A stretch of 64,000 bases of DNA from assembly GCA_033762915.1 (NCBI GenBank), contig JANRLD010000115.1, forward strand, positions 1 through 64,000, in the 5' to 3' direction. This DNA is from Meiothermus sp. GTDB lineage: Bacteria > Deinococcota > Deinococci > Deinococcales > Thermaceae. Positions 59,022-64,000 of this stretch are shown piece by piece; position 1 is the stretch's first letter; each line of letters begins with the position of its first letter. The position numbers were made by a program, and so were the translations under genes. Below the pieces are notes generated by a model. The model ran no database searches and was not told the DNA's origin. It was given only the letters and a program-made list of their open reading frames with translations.

Positions 59022-59875
59022 GTTGTCACCTCGAGGAGTTCGACTTTGCCGCCAACTTGGTTTTTCTTAGCTACATGATCGTCTGCTTCAAACTGACTGT
59101 ATAACCTAGAGAACTTACCCCCTTTGCCACTGCCTTGGAAGAAGGTGATTTGTTGTCTGCCCTGATAACCCTTCCCAGCAAAGTATCCGCACAAACTAGC
59201 AACGGTGAAACTGCCAGCATTGTCTTCGGGGATGCCTTTTGCCGGGGCAAAGAATCTCAGCCTAGTGACCCACTCTCCAGCTATAGGCTCTAGACCACTA
59301 CAGACGATGACTCCGTTGGTTTTAGATTCTTGGTTTATTTTCGCGATGGCCCCAAAATCGGGTGAAATAGAGTCTAGAATAGTGTCTTCCTCGAGCTGAT
59401 CATTGTGGAAAGCAATAGGAACGACGATGTTTAGTCTTGTACTTCCCGCCAGCACAACCTGCTCCAGATCTATCTCGTCCAACCCCAACGCCTCGAGTAG
59501 CGCATCGGCAGCAAAGTCGAATGGTCGCTGAAATGTGGAACCTTGGTTACTCCACCAATTGCCACCACGAGCGAATACCTCGAGCTCCTCCCCGCCCGCA
59601 TTCACAACCAAACGGTCTCCAATCACCCCGGCACGGCGCAAATGCTCGCCTACAACCAACGCGCCCGAGTCGCTCGAGCCCTTCTCCTTGGTCGGGGAGA
59701 AGAACCTTACCTCGGCGGTGCTCGAGTCTGCATTCAGGATGAACCCCGTCAACGGCTGGCCGCTCGAGGCCGCGATCCGCTGCATATCCACAGGGTCATC
59801 CACACCCTCTACAATGGCAAACTGCTTGCCCCCGCCCGGCGAGGCGGCGAACACCGAGTAGTGGTAAATCTTCAT
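59012..59875 (-). CDS. PhzF/DapF-fold protein, lower GC
   Basis: VRFFSPTKE, RFFAPAKGIPED. Confidence 0.75.
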   Translation of the reverse strand: MKIYHYSVFAASPGGGKQFAIVEGVDDPVDMQRIAASSGQPLTGFILNADSSTAEVRFFSPTKEKGSSDSGALVVGEHLRRAGVIGDRLVVNAGGEELEVFARGGNWWSNQGSTFQRPFDFAADALLEALGLDEIDLEQVVLAGSTRLNIVVPIAFHNDQLEEDTILDSISPDFGAIAKINQESKTNGVIVCSGLEPIAGEWVTRLRFFAPAKGIPEDNAGSFTVASLCGYFAGKGYQGRQQITFFQGSGKGGKFSRLYSQFEADDHVAKKNQVGGKVELLEVTTWA

Positions 59876-59900
59876 CGAGTACCTCGGCTATAATTGCGCC

Positions 59901-60125
59901 ATGCAGCAGTACACCGTATTCGTCTATGAAGACCCCGAAGACCCTGGAAAGTGGCTGGCGGAGTTCCCAGCCGTGCACGGGGCGCACTCGTGGGGGAACT
60001 CGCCCGAGGAGGCCGTGCAAAATGCCACAGAGGCCCTCGAGCTGGTGCTGGAAGTGTTGAAAGAAGACGGAAAGCCATTCCCCGCCGACATTCAGACCCA
60101 AAAGGTTGTCGTGAATGCCGCCTAG
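59901..60125 (+). CDS. hicB: HicB antitoxin, leaderless
   Basis: [25 protein letters not shown](59889)-N6-ATG. Confidence 0.88.
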   Translation: MQQYTVFVYEDPEDPGKWLAEFPAVHGAHSWGNSPEEAVQNATEALELVLEVLKEDGKPFPADIQTQKVVVNAA

Positions 60126-60321
60126 ACCCAGCGAACTGGCGCGAGCACTGTTGCGCCTGGGATTTGTCGAGCGCAAGGCCAAGGGCGCACACCGCTTTTA
60201 CCAACACCCCGACGGGCGAACTACAGTCATCCCTTTCCACAGCGGCGAACTGCCAATGGGAACCTTCCGCAAGATTCTTAAAGACATCGGCATGACGGTG
60301 GAAGAGTATCAAAGGCTCTGA
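60115..60321 (+). CDS. hicA: HicA mRNA interferase toxin
   Basis: LGF...[20 protein letters not shown]...GTFRKILK. Confidence 0.9.
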   Translation: MPPRPSELARALLRLGFVERKAKGAHRFYQHPDGRTTVIPFHSGELPMGTFRKILKDIGMTVEEYQRL

Positions 60322-60330
60322 CATACGCCC

Positions 60331-61575
60331 TCAATCCAGGTTCTCGAGCCTTGCCGTGGGCACTTCCTCGGGCAGCAGGTGTTTGACGATGCCGTGGGCG
60401 GCGGCCAACTCCAAGAGCAGCGCCTCGGGGGTCTTCAAGCGCCCGATCTCGTGGGTGCGGTTCTTGAACTCGGCGGCGATTTGTTTGGCTTGGTCGCGGG
60501 TGATCTCGAGGGCCTCCACCTCTTTGAGGTAGTAGTAAATCAGGTTCCAGCCCGACAGCGGCCCCAGCAGGAGTTGGTTTTTGTCCACCCCGAAGTTTTG
60601 CAGGCTGTGGGCTTCGTAGACTTTCTTCTCGTTCAACACGGCCTTTTGGTGAACTCCGGCGGTGTGGGTGCGGTTGGTGAGCGAGACCGGCTCGGTGTAG
60701 GGCACCAGCGTGCCCAGGATCGAGGCCATCAGGACGTTGAGCGGGTAGCACTGGCTCAGGTTGTACTGAGTGCTAAGTTCGGGGAAGCGCTTGGAGAGGT
60801 TGAACAAGACGCCCGTCACCGAGGAAATCCCCGAGCGCTCGGCTAGGCCCCAGATGCTGGCGTCCACATAGGTCGCTCCGGCCCGCACGGCGGCATTGAC
60901 GTTGGCCAGGGCCAGGCCCCGGTCGTTGTGGAAGTGGCACTCCAGCCCTGCCCTCGGATATCGCTTGCGCAGCAGGCAGACCACCTCGCTCACGTCCTCG
61001 GGCTCGGCCAGCCCCACGGTGTCGGGCATCCCAAAGGTGTTTACGTAGGGGTAGATGGCGTCGTAGAGGCGCAACATGTCGTCCCGCGTGGTGCGGAAGG
61101 CGTCCTCGGCGCTGAAGCGGATGTATAGGTCGGGGTAGCGCTCCCGGGTGGCCTGAATCACCTCGGAAACCAGCGCGATGGACTCCTCGAGACCCTTCTG
61201 GGCGTTGTGTTCCTGGGCCAGCGTGGAGACCCCCAGATACAAGTTAAGGCCGTTGCAGCCCACCTCGAGCGCCCGTTCAATGTCCCCCGGGTGGCAGCGG
61301 CAGTGGGCCAGGAAAAGAAACCCCTTGGAATAGCTGCTCCGGGCATGCGCAATCAGCTCACGCACGTCCTGCTCCTCGGCCATCCCCACCACCGGCGAGA
61401 AGAACTCGAAGTGGGTCACGCCCAGCTCGATCAGGCCCGAGAGCAGGAGCTTCTTCTCCTCGAGGCTGAAACGGTACTTCTCGGTGTCGAACAGCAGCGG
61501 CGACTGCTGTCCATCGCGGAAGGTGGTGTCCACAATTTCGATGCGCCTGGATTGGCCTGCCGGTTCGGTTCGCAT
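60331..61575 (-). CDS. Homocitrate synthase-like DRE-TIM enzyme
   Basis: DTTFRDGQQ, HFHNDRG, GLAERSG, HTAGVH; heads the lys operon. Confidence 0.75.
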   Translation of the reverse strand: MRTEPAGQSRRIEIVDTTFRDGQQSPLLFDTEKYRFSLEEKKLLLSGLIELGVTHFEFFSPVVGMAEEQDVRELIAHARSSYSKGFLFLAHCRCHPGDIERALEVGCNGLNLYLGVSTLAQEHNAQKGLEESIALVSEVIQATRERYPDLYIRFSAEDAFRTTRDDMLRLYDAIYPYVNTFGMPDTVGLAEPEDVSEVVCLLRKRYPRAGLECHFHNDRGLALANVNAAVRAGATYVDASIWGLAERSGISSVTGVLFNLSKRFPELSTQYNLSQCYPLNVLMASILGTLVPYTEPVSLTNRTHTAGVHQKAVLNEKKVYEAHSLQNFGVDKNQLLLGPLSGWNLIYYYLKEVEALEITRDQAKQIAAEFKNRTHEIGRLKTPEALLLELAAAHGIVKHLLPEEVPTARLENLD

Positions 61576-61655
61576 AAATGACCCTTGGATAGTTTGGCGC
61601 TGAGCGATTTGGCTTTGGCTCTGGGCTCTAGACTCTCGACGTTCCCACTTCAGGC

Positions 61656-61798
61656 AAAAAAAACCGCCCGCAGGTTGATTGCGGGCCGGGGTACGCAGCA
61701 GCGCGGACTAGTTCAGACTAGCCCCCCGGCAGGTTGTTTTTTTGGAGCTAAGGTTCATCTCGAGGGCTAGACTAAGGGCGGTATACCAAGGTTGTCAA
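61656..61798 (-). promoter_or_regulatory. Promoter, Lys-Lys leader peptide (61708-61758) and attenuator
   Basis: TTGACA-18-TAGTCT; MNLSSKKTTCRGASLN; GCCCGCA/TGCGGGC stem followed by GG and T8. Confidence 0.8.
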
Positions 61799-61994
61799 TA
61801 CCGCAGCCCAACAGGATGGGCTGATGCCCCGCTTCCATGGCCTCGAGAAGCAACCAGGCCCCGCTGCCGAAATCCACCCGATAACCCCCGTCAGGCGTGG
61901 GCAACTGTTCGTGGCTGTAGTCGGACCCAATTTCCACGTGGCACCTTCGGCAGGGCCAAGGCGTGCGGTGGCCCTGCTGCGTTAGAATCGCCCG

Positions 61995-62642
61995 GTGACG
62001 CTTAAAGCCCTGCTCTTCGACCTCGACGGAACCCTGGCCGACACCGACCGGCTGCACGAACAGGCCTGGATCGAGGCACTGGCCCGCCACGGCATTCAGG
62101 CCGACCACCACTTCTACCAAACCCAGATCAGCGGGGGCGTGAACCTCGAGATCGTCGGCAGGGTGCTGCCCCAACTCGGCCTCAAGGAAGCCCAGGCCTT
62201 CATCGACGGCAAGGAGGCCCGCTTCCGCGAGCTGGCACACCGCCTCGAGCCCATCACCGGGGTCGAGCGGCTCGTGGCATGGGCCGAGGGGCGCGGCCTG
62301 CGGCAGGCCCTGGTATCCAATGCCCCCCGCATCAACGCCGAGCACGTACTAGAAGCTCTGGGCCTCGAGTTCGACCCGGTGATCTTGAGCGACGACCTTG
62401 GGGTGGGCAAGCCCGATCCCCTGCCCTACCTAACCGCGCTAAAGCTGCTGGGTGTGGGCGCCGAGGAGACCGTGGCCTTCGAGGACTCGCCCTCGGGTGT
62501 ACGCGCCGCTGTGGCCGCCGGAATCCGCTGCGTGGGCATCAGCTCCGGCCACGACCCAGCCAAGCTCGAGGCCGGCGGGGTCTTTCTGCTGGTGGACGAC
62601 TTCACCGACCGCCGGCTGTGGGAGTGGCTCGAGGGGCAATAG
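61995..62642 (+). CDS. HAD-family phosphatase, leaderless
   Basis: FDLDGTL, KPDP, FEDS; TAGAAT-N6-GTG. Confidence 0.9.
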   Translation: MTLKALLFDLDGTLADTDRLHEQAWIEALARHGIQADHHFYQTQISGGVNLEIVGRVLPQLGLKEAQAFIDGKEARFRELAHRLEPITGVERLVAWAEGRGLRQALVSNAPRINAEHVLEALGLEFDPVILSDDLGVGKPDPLPYLTALKLLGVGAEETVAFEDSPSGVRAAVAAGIRCVGISSGHDPAKLEAGGVFLLVDDFTDRRLWEWLEGQ

Positions 62643-62694
62643 TCTTTTTCTAGAAGCCGCCACAGCAACAAAATGGGCTGGGTGGAGTGTACCG

Positions 62695-63747
62695 CTACCC
62701 CTGCTTCAGGTGGGCGTGGAACAGCGGGTCCACAACCTCAGGCTTCTCGATCTGGGGAGAGTGGCCGGTGTCGGGGAGCACGTGCTCTTTGAAGTTGGCG
62801 TACTGCTCGAGCACCGCCCGGGTCTGGCCCACCATCGGCTGCGAGGGGTAGACCTCGGCCCCCGGCCAGCCGGGAACCAGCCCGAACGCGCCCAGCGTGC
62901 CCATGTCGAAGAAACTGGCATCGCCAACGATCTGGTCGTCCGCGCCGCGCACCCACAGGATGGGTGGTTTGGGCTTGGCCGCAAGAAACCTCTTCACGGT
63001 ATCGCCCACATATTTGGGCGAGATGGCGTTAGCGGGGCCGAGCACGCCGGGGGCCACGTTGGGCCAGTTCTCCGAGGGCGTGAGATCGCCGGGGTATTTG
63101 TCGGGGCCAATTTTCTCGGACAGAACGCCTGAGAGCAACTCTTCTTCTCGAGCGGCCTTGAACGGGGGCTTCCAGTAGAAGCTATTCATCACCGTGCGGG
63201 GCGAGGCCTGGTGCTCGCTGCCGCGGTACCCCTCGCTGATGAGGCGGGCGAACTCGGGGTTGACGATGCCCCCGCCCGAACCCGCGAAGTCAGGCTGGCA
63301 GGGCCTGCCGTCCAAGCCCTTGGTACCCCCGAAGCCGTAGGGCGAGGCCGGGGCGAAGAGGGTGACGGTGCGGACCCTGGGCGCGGCCGCCGCGATCAGG
63401 CTATAAATCACCCCGCCGCCCAGCGAGTGCCCGGCAACGTGAAAGCGCTCAATCCCCAGTGTGTCCATCAGCGAGAGCAGGTCGTCGACCCAGTCGTTGT
63501 AGCCCCTGGTCGCGTCCACCAGCTTGTCCTCGGTGTCGCCGTAGCCGCGCAGGTCGGGCGCGATGGCGCGATACCCGGCGGGCAGCGCCAGCATGGTCTC
63601 CTCCCAGAAGGTCGCCGAGGAGGCGTTGCCGTGGATCAACAAGACCGGCTCGCCGCCCTCTGCGCCGCTGCTCAAGACATGCGTGTTGAGCCGCTGGGTC
63701 TGAACCATTGAAGACTGGATGCCGGGGAGTGTGGGAATGCTACTCAT
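62695..63747 (-). CDS. Alpha/beta hydrolase
   Basis: IHGN, DLRGYG, GHSLGG, TGHSP; RBS AAGGAGG before ATG 63747. Confidence 0.9.
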   Translation of the reverse strand: MSSIPTLPGIQSSMVQTQRLNTHVLSSGAEGGEPVLLIHGNASSATFWEETMLALPAGYRAIAPDLRGYGDTEDKLVDATRGYNDWVDDLLSLMDTLGIERFHVAGHSLGGGVIYSLIAAAAPRVRTVTLFAPASPYGFGGTKGLDGRPCQPDFAGSGGGIVNPEFARLISEGYRGSEHQASPRTVMNSFYWKPPFKAAREEELLSGVLSEKIGPDKYPGDLTPSENWPNVAPGVLGPANAISPKYVGDTVKRFLAAKPKPPILWVRGADDQIVGDASFFDMGTLGAFGLVPGWPGAEVYPSQPMVGQTRAVLEQYANFKEHVLPDTGHSPQIEKPEVVDPLFHAHLKQG

Positions 63748-63833
63748 GTGCTCCTCCTTGCTGGCGGTTAGCAACAGGCGACCCGTCTGGGCCAACAGCT
63801 AACCGCCAAAAGCCCTGCGCGACTTTGGACAAC

Positions 63834-64000
63834 TCACAGCGCCAGATAGGCCTTCTGTACACCCTCATTGTTTGCAAGTTCCTTGGCCGTCCCTTGCAAC
63901 ACCACCTTGCCGTGCTCGACCACATAGCCCCGGTCGGCAACCTCGAGGCTCAGTGCCACGTTCTGCTCGACCAGCAAGACCCCGACGCCCTCCGTCTTCA
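63834..64000 (-). CDS. LivF-like ABC ATPase, 3' end only
   Basis: VLLVEQNVALSLEVADRGYVVEHGKVV...VQKAYLAL. Confidence 0.85.
   Translation of the reverse strand, partial: KTEGVGVLLVEQNVALSLEVADRGYVVEHGKVVLQGTAKELANNEGVQKAYLAL

Overview
GC-rich DNA from a Deinococcus-Thermus bacterium, probably Meiothermus/Calidithermus-like. This is inferred from the LysW-type lysine genes, leaderless TANNNT-N5-7-start genes and dcw order. Positions 1 to ~35297 are a Mu-like transposable prophage with a contractile tail, truncated at the left window edge. Its right end carries four transposase-site-like 19-mers and a terminal ...ACA, about 215 bp upstream of mraZ. The immunity/transposition module (S24-type repressor, Cro/Ner-like HTH, DDE transposase, MuB-like ATPase, ~30 small early genes) lies in the middle, and the late genes are split into two divergent arms. 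The left arm holds terminase, portal, fibre-like genes, a MuF-metalloprotease fusion with a putative immunity gene, an endolysin candidate and tape measure. The right arm holds a holin candidate, protease/scaffold, capsid, HU, sheath, tube and a frameshifted chaperone. Four copies of a conserved promoter-plus-hairpin element head the late units, and the phage-end 19-mer recurs three times internally. A second repeat family sits inside the transposase gene, and a fibre-like late protein has a signal peptide. The rest is host DNA: the dcw cluster (mraZ to ftsZ), with spacers spanned by coupled junk-like ORFs; two copies of a three-way-junction repeat; dmpA; an attenuator-controlled LysW lysine operon interrupted by unrelated genes, including an antisense hicBA; a HAD hydrolase; an alpha/beta hydrolase; and the end of a livF-like gene. 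All calls come from manual reading; no database searches were run.
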